A stretch of DNA of 64,000 nucleotides from Flavobacterium sp. (lineage in GTDB: Bacteria; Bacteroidota; Bacteroidia; Flavobacteriales; Flavobacteriaceae), in contig NZ_DATGWY010000019.1 in NCBI RefSeq assembly GCF_035299245.1, forward strand, positions 42,363 to 106,362, read 5' to 3'. Below the pieces are notes generated by a model. It did no database searches, was not told where the DNA came from, and saw only the letters and a list, made by a program, of their open reading frames with translations. Shown here one piece after another: positions 32,653 through 43,143 of this stretch; the first letter of the stretch is position 1, and the number at the start of each line of letters is the position of its first letter. Both the position numbers and the translations under genes were made by a program.

Positions 32653-33654
32653 TTACAATGATGGTTGTAATACTTTATCTACAGCGTGAATAACACCATT
32701 ACTGCATTGAACATCAGTAATTATGATGTTACTTGGTGTTGTGGTTGTATCATTAATTTTTACACCACCCGTTAAATTGATGGTTAGATTCTGTACAGGA
32801 GAAGTAATTGTTGGAATGACTTGTCCATTTGTTAGCGATGAAGCTAATACATTTCCTGCGGTAGTTACGTGATATTGTAGTACTTTGGTTACTTGTGCTG
32901 GTGTTGCTCCTACTGCAAAACCTGATCCTGTCGTTGCTGCTGTAAATGCTGCATTTGTTGGAGCAAAAACGGTTTTAGTAGTTGCATTTGACAAAGCAGC
33001 AGCCACTGCAGTCTGATCGCCAAAACCATTTCCATTTGTTGAAGTACTTGTTACTACAGTAGCCAAAATAGAAAAGTTAGGATTAGCAGCCGCATGTGTT
33101 ACTATTGTTGGTAAACCTATTACTGCATCAACAACATGGATAACACCATTAGTAGCTATAATGTTGAACGTTTCTCCAGGAGTTGTTGTTACAACTGATG
33201 AAACACCATTTAATCGTACACCACTTGTTGTATTTACATACATGCTTAAGGTGTTAGTAGAAGATGCTGTCCCTTTCCCTAAAGTTTTAATATAGGTGTT
33301 ATTTGTTAAACCTGTTGACTGAACAGATCCACTTACAACATGGTTCAAAAGAATTTCTCTCAGAGTGGCAACCGGTACAGCTTCCAGATTTGCAAAACCA
33401 TTTTGTTGTAAGAAAGTTGTAAATGCGGCATTTGTTGGGGCAAAAACGGTGTACGGTCCTGTACCTTGTAATGTACTTACAAGTCCTGCTCTATCTAAAG
33501 CAGATACTAAGGTCGTCAAGTTTGAATTTCTTGAAGCTATTCCTGCTATAGTATTGTCTACAGGTGCAGTTGTTGTGTCGTCATCATCGCATGATGAAAA
33601 TCCAAAAGCTAACATCGCAATTAATGCGAACATTTTTAAATTGATTGTTTTCAT
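32653..33654 (-). CDS. Fasciclin-domain lipoprotein (2 FAS1 domains)
   Basis: Lipobox FSSC; YTVFAPTNAAF, NHVV, NGVIHVVDAV; second domain NGVIHAVDKVL. Confidence 0.92.
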   Translation of the reverse strand: MKTINLKMFALIAMLAFGFSSCDDDDTTTAPVDNTIAGIASRNSNLTTLVSALDRAGLVSTLQGTGPYTVFAPTNAAFTTFLQQNGFANLEAVPVATLREILLNHVVSGSVQSTGLTNNTYIKTLGKGTASSTNTLSMYVNTTSGVRLNGVSSVVTTTPGETFNIIATNGVIHVVDAVIGLPTIVTHAAANPNFSILATVVTSTSTNGNGFGDQTAVAAALSNATTKTVFAPTNAAFTAATTGSGFAVGATPAQVTKVLQYHVTTAGNVLASSLTNGQVIPTITSPVQNLTINLTGGVKINDTTTTPSNIIITDVQCSNGVIHAVDKVLQPSL

Positions 33655-33947
33655 AGTTTTTTTGTTTTATTTGTTATTATTTCGTTTAAAGATAACGACA
33701 AAAACATAAACAAAATTTAGAGCAAATTATTTTTTAACAAATTTGTTTAATCATTTTATATTGAAAAACCTTTTTTTTGTTTTATGTAATTATATAATTG
33801 TTAAACAAAAAAACAGCTTTTAATATATATTTAACAACCTTATTTAGTAGTTTTTTTCTTAAAATATTGAAAATTAATGTGAAATAGGAATTACATTTGC
33901 TACAATAAATTAGTTAAGTTGTAGTTATAGTAATTCAAAACAATTTT

Positions 33948-34655
33948 ATGAGAATCGTACTGCTATTATTTTTTATAGTTTTTAATTTAAACGCTCAAGA
34001 CATCAATCAATTAGACGATAAAGGTCAAAAACATGGTTCTTGGAAAGGTTATCATGAAGGGTCGAAACGACTGCGTTATGAAGGTAATTTTGAGCACGGT
34101 AAAGAAGTCGGCATGTTTAGATTCTTCGACGATACCAAAGCCAATACTGTAATTGCAACTCGCGAATTCAACACCAAAGACAATTCGTGCTACACTATTT
34201 TCTACAATCAAAAAGGATTTAAAGTAAGTGAAGGGAAATTAATCAATAAAGTTTACGAAGGAGAATGGAAGTACTATCACCTTGATTCACCTTCAATAAT
34301 GACAACCGAAACCTATGTTAAAGGAAAATTAGAAGGAATACGAAAAGTATATTATAAAGAAGGTGCTATTGCCGAAGAAACAACTTATAAAAGCGGTAAA
34401 AAAGAAGGAGCTTATAAAAAATACGCTGAAAACGGGATTGTTTTAGAAGAAGCAACGTATAAAAACGATCTCTACCACGGACAAGCTATTTTTAGAAATC
34501 CAGATAATGCAGTTACAGCTAAAGGAATTTTTACTAATGGAAAGAAAACCGGAATTTGGGAGTTTTTAGAAAATGGTAAAATGGTGAAAAAGAACATGAA
34601 TCTGCAAGGCAAAAAGTTTGTGAAGAAAAAAATCACCAAAGAGCCTACAGAATAA
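33948..34655 (+). CDS. MORN-variant repeat protein (YwqK-antitoxin-like annotation)
   Basis: Signal peptide; repeated G.W..Y...G / EG.Y..GK..G units. Confidence 0.8.
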   Translation: MRIVLLLFFIVFNLNAQDINQLDDKGQKHGSWKGYHEGSKRLRYEGNFEHGKEVGMFRFFDDTKANTVIATREFNTKDNSCYTIFYNQKGFKVSEGKLINKVYEGEWKYYHLDSPSIMTTETYVKGKLEGIRKVYYKEGAIAEETTYKSGKKEGAYKKYAENGIVLEEATYKNDLYHGQAIFRNPDNAVTAKGIFTNGKKTGIWEFLENGKMVKKNMNLQGKKFVKKKITKEPTE

Positions 34656-34749
34656 TTTCAATAAATAGAATTTACTAAGGTATATGTTTTTATAATCAAA
34701 AGCGTATACCTTTTTTTATTATTTAATGTAATTTTGCAAAAAAATTAAA

Positions 34750-35937
34750 ATGAAACGGGTTATAGTCGGACTTTCTGGTGGTGTTGATTCAAGTGTTGCA
34801 GCTTATCTTTTAAAAGAGCAAGGTTATGAAGTAATCGGACTTTTTATGAAGAATTGGCACGATGATTCAGTGACTATTTCTAACGAATGTCCGTGGCTCG
34901 AAGACAGTAATGATGCACTTTTAGTTGCAGAAAAACTCGGAATTCCTTTTCAAACGGTCGATTTAAGCGAACAATATAAAGAGCGAATCGTCAATTATAT
35001 GTTCAACGAGTACGAACAAGGTCGAACTCCCAATCCGGATGTGCTTTGTAATCGCGAAATCAAATTTGATGTGTTCATGAAAATCGCCCTGAGTTTAGGA
35101 GCCGATTTTGTAGCGACAGGTCACTATTGCCGAAAAGGTGAAATTGAAGTGGATGGAGAGAAAGTATTTCAATTACTTGCAGGAAAAGACGACAATAAAG
35201 ATCAATCGTATTTTTTATGTCAATTGTCACAAGAACAATTGAGTAAAGCTCTTTTCCCGATTGGTGAATTGACCAAACCACAAGTGCGTGAAATTGCCAT
35301 GAAACTCAATTTAGTAACAGCCGAAAAGAAAGATTCGCAAGGATTGTGCTTTATTGGAAAAGTACGTTTACCCGAATTTTTGCAACAACAACTCCAACCC
35401 AAAGAAGGAATCATTGTTGAAATTGATGTCAATCATCCCATATATTCCCAAGAAAAACCAATTTTTAGTTCCAAAGAAGAAGAGTTGAAATACCTTTCAA
35501 AACCAATTCACTATATTCCAGAAATGGGAAAGAAAGTGGGTCAACATCAAGGTGCACATTACTTTACTATTGGTCAACGCAAAGGATTGAATGTAGGTGG
35601 AACCAAAGAAGCTTTATTTATTATCGCTACAGATGTTAAAAACAATGAAATTTACACGGGCCAAGGTCATCATCATCCGGGTTTGTTCCGAAAAGCATTG
35701 CGAGTTCAGCCTTCAGAAATTCATTGGATACGCCAAGATTTAGCATTGAAAAATGGTGAAACGATGGACGTTATAGCTCGTATTCGTTATCGACAAGAAC
35801 TTCAGAAAGCAACTTTGTATCAATTTGAAAGTGGTTTGTATGTTGAGTTTGACGTACCTCAATCGGCCATAACAGAAGGTCAGTTTGTTGCATGGAATAT
35901 TGATGATGAATTAGTTGGATCTGGAGTAATCTCTTAA
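34750..35937 (+). CDS. mnmA: tRNA 2-thiouridylase MnmA
   Basis: [42 protein letters not shown]. Confidence 0.97.
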   Translation: MKRVIVGLSGGVDSSVAAYLLKEQGYEVIGLFMKNWHDDSVTISNECPWLEDSNDALLVAEKLGIPFQTVDLSEQYKERIVNYMFNEYEQGRTPNPDVLCNREIKFDVFMKIALSLGADFVATGHYCRKGEIEVDGEKVFQLLAGKDDNKDQSYFLCQLSQEQLSKALFPIGELTKPQVREIAMKLNLVTAEKKDSQGLCFIGKVRLPEFLQQQLQPKEGIIVEIDVNHPIYSQEKPIFSSKEEELKYLSKPIHYIPEMGKKVGQHQGAHYFTIGQRKGLNVGGTKEALFIIATDVKNNEIYTGQGHHHPGLFRKALRVQPSEIHWIRQDLALKNGETMDVIARIRYRQELQKATLYQFESGLYVEFDVPQSAITEGQFVAWNIDDELVGSGVIS

Positions 35938-35993
35938 TTTAATTATTTGATTGTCTTTTTTTGTATTTTTGATGAATCCAAATTGAAAATGCT

Positions 35994-37619
35994 ATGCAAA
36001 AAATCTACTTTTTCTTACTTTTAACTATTTCTTTCTCATCCTTTTCACAAGATGAAGAAGCTTGGGTTTATTTTACAGATAAGCCAAATGCACAATATTA
36101 TTTAGACAATCCTCTAGAAATGCTAACTCAGAGAGCATTGGATCGTAGGGCAAACCAAGGAATAGCTCTACAGATTAATGATACTCCAATTCACCAACCT
36201 TACATTGATCAGGTAATGGCATCTGAAGGAGTAACCGTGAAAGCCAAATCAAAATGGTTGAATTGTGTTCATGTGAGAGGAAATGTCAATGATATCAATG
36301 CTTTGTCTGTATTATCTTTTGTGGATACTATAGTTTTTGCCGACGATGCATTGAATACATCAGGTAAAATCAGATCGCCAAAACCCATAAATCCAGTGAA
36401 TAAAACTCTAGATGTAAGCGAAAATTTCAATTACGGGAATTCACAAAATCAAATTGAAATGCTCAACGGTCATTTGTTGCATCAAGCCAATTATACTGGA
36501 AACGGAAAAATTATTGCCGTTCTTGATTCAGGTTTTATCAATGTGAATTCTACCGCGCCTTTTCAACGATTATTTGACAATAATTTAATCCTTGGCGGAT
36601 ACAATTATGTAAGTCAAAATGAAGATGTGTATTCGCTACACAATCACGGAACAATGACACTTTCTTGTATGGGTGGCTATGTTGATGGTGAATTAGTTGG
36701 AACAGCGCCCAATGCTCAATATTATCTTTTTGTAACTGAAGATGTTGTTGATGAAAATCCAGTGGAAGAGAGCTATTGGGTAGAAGCAGCAGAAGAAGCC
36801 GATCGATTAGGAGCTGACATCATTTCGACTTCATTAGGATATTACGTTTATGATAATCCTAACTACAGTCATGTGTATACCAATATGACCGGAAATGAGG
36901 CTTTCGCATCAAAAGGCGCTAATATTGCTTTTAGTAAAGGAATCATAGTAGTGGCAAGTGCAGGAAATTCAGGCGCTAGTGCAGAACCTTTAAATCACAT
37001 AAGTGTTCCAGCAGAAGCTACTAATGTACTTGCTGTTGGAGCAGTACGATTTGATGAAACTTATGCAACCTTCAGTTCTGTTGGTCCAGGTTATGAAAAC
37101 AGAATCAAACCCGAAGTCATGGCAAAAGGTCAAGCAGCCACAGTTGCCAATACAGCAGGGAATATTCAAACTGCGAGCGGAACTTCTTTTTCGTGCCCGA
37201 TTATGGCCGGAATGGTCGCTAGTTTTTGGAGTGCAGTACCCAGTTTAACCAATCAGCAAGTAATTAATTTTATTATACAGTCAGCAGACCGATTCAATAA
37301 TCCTACCGACCAATTTGGTTATGGAATTCCCGATTTTCAATCTGCTCTTCAAAGTGCATTACTTTCTGTTGATGAAGCTGAAATCGAAAATTATCAGGTT
37401 TTTCCCAATCCTACAACTTCAACTATAACAATGGTAAGCCCAGCTAATTTTGTTGGTAATTCAATTAAAATGTACAATGGTTTAGGACAATTGGTTCTTA
37501 CAAACACTATAGAAAATCCAGTTCAAACCCTTTCGTTAGACGGATTGAATTCGGGTGTTTATTTTTACACCATTTCAACTTCTGATATAGTATACCAAGG
37601 AAAAATCATTAAAAATTAA
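35994..37619 (+). CDS. S8 subtilisin-like serine protease with T9SS type-A CTD
   Basis: Catalytic triad VLDSG, HGT and GTSFSCP; C-terminal VFPNP...GVYFY. Confidence 0.92.
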   Translation: MQKIYFFLLLTISFSSFSQDEEAWVYFTDKPNAQYYLDNPLEMLTQRALDRRANQGIALQINDTPIHQPYIDQVMASEGVTVKAKSKWLNCVHVRGNVNDINALSVLSFVDTIVFADDALNTSGKIRSPKPINPVNKTLDVSENFNYGNSQNQIEMLNGHLLHQANYTGNGKIIAVLDSGFINVNSTAPFQRLFDNNLILGGYNYVSQNEDVYSLHNHGTMTLSCMGGYVDGELVGTAPNAQYYLFVTEDVVDENPVEESYWVEAAEEADRLGADIISTSLGYYVYDNPNYSHVYTNMTGNEAFASKGANIAFSKGIIVVASAGNSGASAEPLNHISVPAEATNVLAVGAVRFDETYATFSSVGPGYENRIKPEVMAKGQAATVANTAGNIQTASGTSFSCPIMAGMVASFWSAVPSLTNQQVINFIIQSADRFNNPTDQFGYGIPDFQSALQSALLSVDEAEIENYQVFPNPTTSTITMVSPANFVGNSIKMYNGLGQLVLTNTIENPVQTLSLDGLNSGVYFYTISTSDIVYQGKIIKN

Positions 37620-37640
37620 TGCCACATAGATTCCTCATTA

Positions 37641-38585
37641 ATGAATAGAATTACGCAACTCTTCAACATACAATACCCGATTATTCAAGGCGGAATGATT
37701 TGGAATTCAGGTTACAAATTGGCAAGTGCTGTCAGTAATGCTGGCGGATTAGGCTTAATCGGAGCAGGTTCAATGTATCCCGATGTGCTTCGCGAACACA
37801 TTCAAAAGTGCAAAAAAGCTACCGATAAACCTTTTGGTGTTAACGTTCCGATGTTGTATCCGAATATAGAAGAAATCATTCAAATCATCATAGAAGAAGA
37901 CGTGAAAATCGTGTTCACTTCTGCTGGAAATCCTAAAACTTGGACTAGCTATTTGAAAGAAAATGGAATTACGGTAGTTCATGTGGTAAGCAGTTCTAAA
38001 TTTGCTCTCAAAGCACAAGAAGCCGGAGTTGATGCAGTTGTTGCCGAAGGTTTTGAAGCTGGCGGTCACAACGGTCGCGAAGAAACGACAACAATTACTT
38101 TAATTCCGATGGTGCGTGAAAATATTTCGATTCCGTTAATAGCTGCAGGTGGAATCGCAACGGGTCGCGGAATGTTAGCAGCAATGGTTCTCGGTGCCGA
38201 TGGTGTTCAAATGGGAAGTCGTTTTGCGGCATCTACCGAAAGTTCAGCTCACGATAATTTCAAAAAAACAATTGTAGAAACAGGCGAAGGTGATACTCAA
38301 TTAACCTTAAAAGAATTGGCGCCTGTTCGATTGATTAAGAATAAATTTTTCAACGATGTTCAAGAGTTGTACGCCAAATGTCCAACCAAAGAAGATTTAG
38401 AAAATTTACTAGGAAAACGCCGTGCCAAACGCGGTATGTTTGAAGGTGATTTAGTCGAAGGTGAACTCGAAATTGGCCAAATTGCGGGATTAATTCACGA
38501 CATCAAACCCGTTGAAATCATCATCAAAGAAGTGATGGAAGAATTTGAATTGGCTAAAAAAGAAGCACAAGATTTTAGGTTTTAA
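37641..38585 (+). CDS. Nitronate monooxygenase / FabK-like flavoprotein
   Basis: IIQGGM, EGFEAGGH, IAAGGIATG, GVQMGSRF. Confidence 0.88.
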   Translation: MNRITQLFNIQYPIIQGGMIWNSGYKLASAVSNAGGLGLIGAGSMYPDVLREHIQKCKKATDKPFGVNVPMLYPNIEEIIQIIIEEDVKIVFTSAGNPKTWTSYLKENGITVVHVVSSSKFALKAQEAGVDAVVAEGFEAGGHNGREETTTITLIPMVRENISIPLIAAGGIATGRGMLAAMVLGADGVQMGSRFAASTESSAHDNFKKTIVETGEGDTQLTLKELAPVRLIKNKFFNDVQELYAKCPTKEDLENLLGKRRAKRGMFEGDLVEGELEIGQIAGLIHDIKPVEIIIKEVMEEFELAKKEAQDFRF

Positions 38586-38691
38586 AAATAAATCAGAGTT
38601 AATCTGTGTAATCAGTGGCGCACAAAACTTACCAATTTCTTCACGTCTATCTCCATTCAAAATACTACTTTTGTACAAATAATTTATCCTA

Positions 38692-40305
38692 ATGAAAAAG
38701 TTTATCTGGATTGTAACTATCGTTTTTTCCATCCTTACAAAAGCACAAGAACGCCCAAAATTAGTAGTCGGAATAGTTGTCGACCAAATGAAAATGGAGT
38801 ATTTATACCGTTTCCAAAGCGATTTTTCGAACAATGGTTTCAAACGATTGATGCAACAAGGTTATACTTTTGAAAATGCACATTACAATTATATGCCAAC
38901 GTACACTGCGCCAGGTCATGCTTCGGTTTATACTGGAACAACACCAGCACTTCACGGAATTGTAAGCAACGAGTGGTTTCACAGAACTTTAAAAAAAGAC
39001 GTGTATTGTACCGATGATGCTTCAGTAACTACTTTAGTTCCCGGCACTGAATCTGAAGGCAAAATGTCGCCCAAAAATTTACAGAGTTCAACAATCACAG
39101 ACGAGTTAAAATTGTCAACCAATTTCCAAGGAAAAGTAATCGGAATCAGTATTAAAGATCGTGGTGCGATTCTGCCAGCCGGACATTTTGCAGACTGGGC
39201 TTTTTGGTATTGCAAAACGGGTGAATTCATATCAAGTTCGTATTACGGAACCACTTTGCCTTCTTGGGTAGATGATTTCAATAAAGAAAAAAACTACATT
39301 CCGTACGCTCAAAAAGGTTGGGAATTATTCAAACCCAAAGAAGCCTATAACGAAAGTCTTCCTGATGATAATCCCTACGAAGGTCAACTCTACAAAAAAC
39401 AACCCTTCTTTCCTTATAATATGAAGGAAATGTTGGATAACAATGATGCTGGAGTTTTGAGAGTAAGTCCGTATGGTAATAATTTGATTGTGGATTTTGC
39501 TAAACGTGCCATCGAAAAGGAAAATTTAGGTAAAGATGCAGTAACCGATTTTCTAGCTTTGAGTTTTTCTTCTACTGATTACATCGGGCATACTTTTGGT
39601 CCGCGTTCCATCGAAATTCAGGATACGTATTTGCGCTTGGATCAAACTATTGCTGAGTTTCTGAATTATTTAGATACAACTGTTGGAAAAGGAAATTACC
39701 TCGTTTTTCTGACAGCCGATCACGCTGGAGCGGAAAATGCAACCTATTTAAAAGATCACAAATACGATGTGAATAGCATCAACTATAAAAATGTCGAAAG
39801 TGATTTAAAAGACTTTTCTAAAACTACTTTTGGCGATGATTTGATTCTGAATTATTCTAGTTTTAATGTCCATTTTGATAAAGACAAAATCAAAGCTAAA
39901 GGGTTGAATTTAACCGATGTTAAGCAATCGTTCAAAGACTATTTGTATACCAAAGAATACGTTAAACGAGTATTTACAGAAGAAGAGATTCTCTCAGCCA
40001 CTGGCAACGATGTTATATTGGATTATGTTGCAAAAGGTTACGATCCGACGCAAAATGGTGAGTTGTATTTTGTGTACAAACCTGGTTATTTGGAATATTC
40101 AACTACAGGAACAACACATGGCTCACCTTATACTTATGATACTCACGTGCCGATTATTTTCTACGGATGGCACATCAAGAAAGGCAAAACCAACGATAGA
40201 AAAGAGATCACACAAATTGCTCCTACAGTAACCCAATTGTTAAAAATCTCCATGCCGAATAGTACTAAAGGCAAGGTGTTGACGGAGATTGTTGATGCAA
40301 AATAG
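38692..40305 (+). CDS. pafA: Alkaline phosphatase PafA
   Basis: VVDQM, PTYTAPGHAS (Thr nucleophile), KDRGAILPAGH, STDYIGH, TADH, THGSPY..HVP. Confidence 0.9.
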   Translation: MKKFIWIVTIVFSILTKAQERPKLVVGIVVDQMKMEYLYRFQSDFSNNGFKRLMQQGYTFENAHYNYMPTYTAPGHASVYTGTTPALHGIVSNEWFHRTLKKDVYCTDDASVTTLVPGTESEGKMSPKNLQSSTITDELKLSTNFQGKVIGISIKDRGAILPAGHFADWAFWYCKTGEFISSSYYGTTLPSWVDDFNKEKNYIPYAQKGWELFKPKEAYNESLPDDNPYEGQLYKKQPFFPYNMKEMLDNNDAGVLRVSPYGNNLIVDFAKRAIEKENLGKDAVTDFLALSFSSTDYIGHTFGPRSIEIQDTYLRLDQTIAEFLNYLDTTVGKGNYLVFLTADHAGAENATYLKDHKYDVNSINYKNVESDLKDFSKTTFGDDLILNYSSFNVHFDKDKIKAKGLNLTDVKQSFKDYLYTKEYVKRVFTEEEILSATGNDVILDYVAKGYDPTQNGELYFVYKPGYLEYSTTGTTHGSPYTYDTHVPIIFYGWHIKKGKTNDRKEITQIAPTVTQLLKISMPNSTKGKVLTEIVDAK

Positions 40306-40340
40306 TTGAAGTTTTTTATCCAGTGAGTTCGATTAAATTT

Positions 40341-40454
40341 TTAGCCACGAATTATCGAATCTATTGTTGTAAACATTTGATTCTATTCGAATGTTCATCG
40401 AAGATGAATAAATTTTTAGTCTCGGACCCAATTTAAATTTGTGAATTCGTGGCA
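40341..40454. repeat. Inverted repeat element (GCCACGAATT / AATTCGTGGC)
   Basis: Arms at 40341-40353 and 40444-40454, after pafA. Confidence 0.6.
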
Positions 40455-40591
40455 ACAACACTAGAATTATCAATCATTAGTTATATGTTGAGATAGTCTT
40501 ATAGATTTAGGTTACTGAATTAATGTTAATAAATCAAAATTGATTTCTCGCTTTAGCCAAATTTTACTATATTGGGCTAAACTGAATAAAC

Positions 40592-41500
40592 ATGAAATTA
40601 TTTTTTGAACGACTTTATAAAAACAGCAGCCGAATTACTCAAATAGTTTACACGCGACACATCAAAGACTTTATTTTGATTTGTATTGGTGTGACGATGG
40701 CAAGTATCGGTTTGAAAGAATTTCTTCTGCCCAATGATTTCCTCGATGGTGGTGCAATGGGTTTGTCGCTACTCACCGAAATTATGACCGGAATCGAGTT
40801 GTCCGTTTTGATTGTACTCATCAATTTACCTTTCATAATCATTGGTGCCAAACAAATTTCACTCGAATTTGCGATTAAAAGTACCTTGGCCATTTTGGCG
40901 TTATCGCTTTTAGTGCATTTCATAAGTCTGCCAGCCATAACTTCTGATAAATTATTGATCTCGGTTTTTGGAGGATTTTTTCTTGGAGCAGGAATCGGAT
41001 TTACCATTCGTGGTGGCGCGGTAATTGACGGAACTGAGGTATTGGCGATTTACGTCAGCAAAAAAACCAGTTTGACTGTAGGTGATTTTATCTCGGTTTT
41101 TAATGTAATACTGTTTTCTTTTTCAGCTTTATTAGTGAGTGTAGAAACTGCAATGTATTCGATGTTGACGTATTTTGCAGCTTCCAAAACTGTCGATTTT
41201 ATCATCAATGGTATCGAAGAATACATTGGTGTAACGATTGTTTCCCGAAATGCTATAGAAGTAAAACAAGCCATAATTGAAAAATTAGGTCGTGGTGTTA
41301 CCGTTTACAATTCGGAAAGTGGTTACGGAAAATCGGGTGTGAATTACAATGAAAACAAAATCCTCTTCTGTGTTGTCACTCGTTTGGAAGTCACACGATT
41401 ATTATTGGAAATCGAAAAAATTGACGAAGAAGCTTTTGTAGTGCAGCATTCCATCAAAGACACTAAAGGCGGAATGATCAAAAAACGTCCGTTGCATTAA
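40592..41500 (+). CDS. YitT family membrane protein (DUF161/DUF2179)
   Basis: FLDGGAMG, INLPF, GAVIDGTE, GRGVT. Confidence 0.88.
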   Translation: MKLFFERLYKNSSRITQIVYTRHIKDFILICIGVTMASIGLKEFLLPNDFLDGGAMGLSLLTEIMTGIELSVLIVLINLPFIIIGAKQISLEFAIKSTLAILALSLLVHFISLPAITSDKLLISVFGGFFLGAGIGFTIRGGAVIDGTEVLAIYVSKKTSLTVGDFISVFNVILFSFSALLVSVETAMYSMLTYFAASKTVDFIINGIEEYIGVTIVSRNAIEVKQAIIEKLGRGVTVYNSESGYGKSGVNYNENKILFCVVTRLEVTRLLLEIEKIDEEAFVVQHSIKDTKGGMIKKRPLH

Positions 41501-41502
41501 TA

Positions 41503-41546
41503 CAAAAGTCACGAATTACTATTATGTTAATTCGTGACTTTTTGTA
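41503..41546. terminator. Bidirectional intrinsic terminator
   Basis: TACAAAAGTCACGAATTA..TAATTCGTGACTTTTTGTA. Confidence 0.75.
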
Positions 41547-41567
41547 TACCATTTAAAATTTATAGTT

Positions 41568-42773
41568 TTAGACTTCAACCATAATCTGATTTTTAATTAA
41601 ATCTTCAAAGGTTTCTCGTTTGCTTATTAAGTGACCTTTTCCGTCTTTCCACAATACTTCGGCAGGTTTGAAACGTGAGTTGTAGTTGGATGACATCGAA
41701 TAACAATACGCACCCGCATTTTTGAAACACAAGATATCACCTTCTTTAATTTCAGCTATTCTGCGGTTGTTGGCAAACGTATCGGTTTCGCATATGTAAC
41801 CCACAACGGTGTAAAAACGCTCTTTTCCTTTTGGATTGGAAATGTTTTCAATGGTGTGTTGCGAACCATAAAACATCGGTCGAATTAAATGGTTGAAACC
41901 ACTATCAATTCCGGCAAAAACAGTTGAGGTAGTTTGTTTAACTACGTTTACTTTGGCCAAGAAAAATCCGGCTTCACTGACTAAAAATTTTCCAGGTTCA
42001 AAGGCTAAGGTCAGCGTTCGGCCGTATTCTTTTTCGAAAGCCAAAAAACGTTTGGTTAGTTTTTTCCCTAATTCTTCAATGTTGGTTTCGATGTCGCCTT
42101 TTTTGTACGGCACTTTGAATCCCGAACCAAAATCAAGGAAATCCAGTTCTTTGAATTGTTTTGCGGTGTCGAATAAGATTTCGGCAGCGTATAAAAATAC
42201 TTCAATGTCTAAAATATCCGAACCGGTATGCATGTGAATTCCATTGATGTGCATTCCGGTATTTTCCACAATGCGCAATACATGAGGAATTTGGTAAATC
42301 GAAATTCCGAATTTACTATCAATATGTCCAACTGAGATATTCTCATTTCCGCCCGCCATCACATGTGGATTGATTCGAATACAAACGGGAACTTTTGGGT
42401 GTTTGGTTCCAAAATGCTCTAAAACCGAAAGATTGTCAATGTTGATTTGAACGCCCAATTCGGCTACTGCTTCTATTTCTTCGAATGAAACTCCATTGGG
42501 AGTAAATATAATTTTATCAGGAGTAAATCCGGCGTGTAAACCCAATTGTACTTCTTGAAATGAAACCGTATCCAAACCCGAGCCGCACTTCTTGAGCAAC
42601 TTCAGTACGGATAAGTTGGACAATGCTTTCATGGCGTAGTTGATGCGAAGACGCTCTACCTTTGAAAATGCAGTTGTCAAACGGTTGTACTGATGCTCGA
42701 TGGTTGTAGCGTCGTAAACGTACAACGGACTGCCAAATTCTTCGGCAAGTGCTAGTAACTCTTTGGGTTGCAT
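41568..42773 (-). CDS. lysA: Diaminopimelate decarboxylase
   Basis: YAMKA PLP Lys, SKFG, HMHTGS, EPGKF, VGYICETD, GAYCYSMSSNYN. Confidence 0.95.
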   Translation of the reverse strand: MQPKELLALAEEFGSPLYVYDATTIEHQYNRLTTAFSKVERLRINYAMKALSNLSVLKLLKKCGSGLDTVSFQEVQLGLHAGFTPDKIIFTPNGVSFEEIEAVAELGVQINIDNLSVLEHFGTKHPKVPVCIRINPHVMAGGNENISVGHIDSKFGISIYQIPHVLRIVENTGMHINGIHMHTGSDILDIEVFLYAAEILFDTAKQFKELDFLDFGSGFKVPYKKGDIETNIEELGKKLTKRFLAFEKEYGRTLTLAFEPGKFLVSEAGFFLAKVNVVKQTTSTVFAGIDSGFNHLIRPMFYGSQHTIENISNPKGKERFYTVVGYICETDTFANNRRIAEIKEGDILCFKNAGAYCYSMSSNYNSRFKPAEVLWKDGKGHLISKRETFEDLIKNQIMVEV

Positions 42774-42897
42774 ATTATTTATTTTAAAAATTTAAAGTTG
42801 TGCAAAGATACTTTTTGAGATAACGAATTCAAAGCGCGTTAACATTTCTGCGGATTTGCTATTTTTTGCACTAATTTTTTTTCAATACGATAATAAA

Positions 42898-42951
42898 CTA
42901 GCCCTGATGCAAGGGAATCCCGATTTTTATCGGGATGGAAAGGCAGCAGGA
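42898..42951 (-). repeat. Dispersed structured element, copy D
   Basis: CTAGCCCTGATGC...GCAGCAGGA; internal ATCCCGAT/ATCGGGAT palindrome. Confidence 0.75.
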
Positions 42952-43007
42952 AAATGGATGGCAAGAAGGCCCGAGCCATTCGCTTCCCAAATCGCTAAAA
43001 AAAAGTT

Positions 43008-43029
43008 GAGATTGCTTCGTTCCTCGCAA
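43008..43029. repeat. REP-like unit GAGATTGCTTCGTTCCTCGCAA
   Basis: Reverse-complement relative of 9702-9727. Confidence 0.6.
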
Positions 43030-43143
43030 ATTCAAGAAAGTTACTAAATTGATATACATTTCTTTTAGGATTCATTCTAATTAATTACTTTTGTGAAACT
43101 TTTTCTGGGACGAGTTTCAGAATTTAACAACAAACTTATACTT

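Noticed and set aside
33948-34655. Toxin-antitoxin system (YwqK-like)
   Set aside because: No toxin gene is adjacent; the protein is a signal-peptide MORN-variant repeat protein in a housekeeping context.
42856-43047. 63-aa ORF between lysA and sucC
   Set aside because: It runs across repeat copy D and a REP unit, has a TTG start and no coding features.
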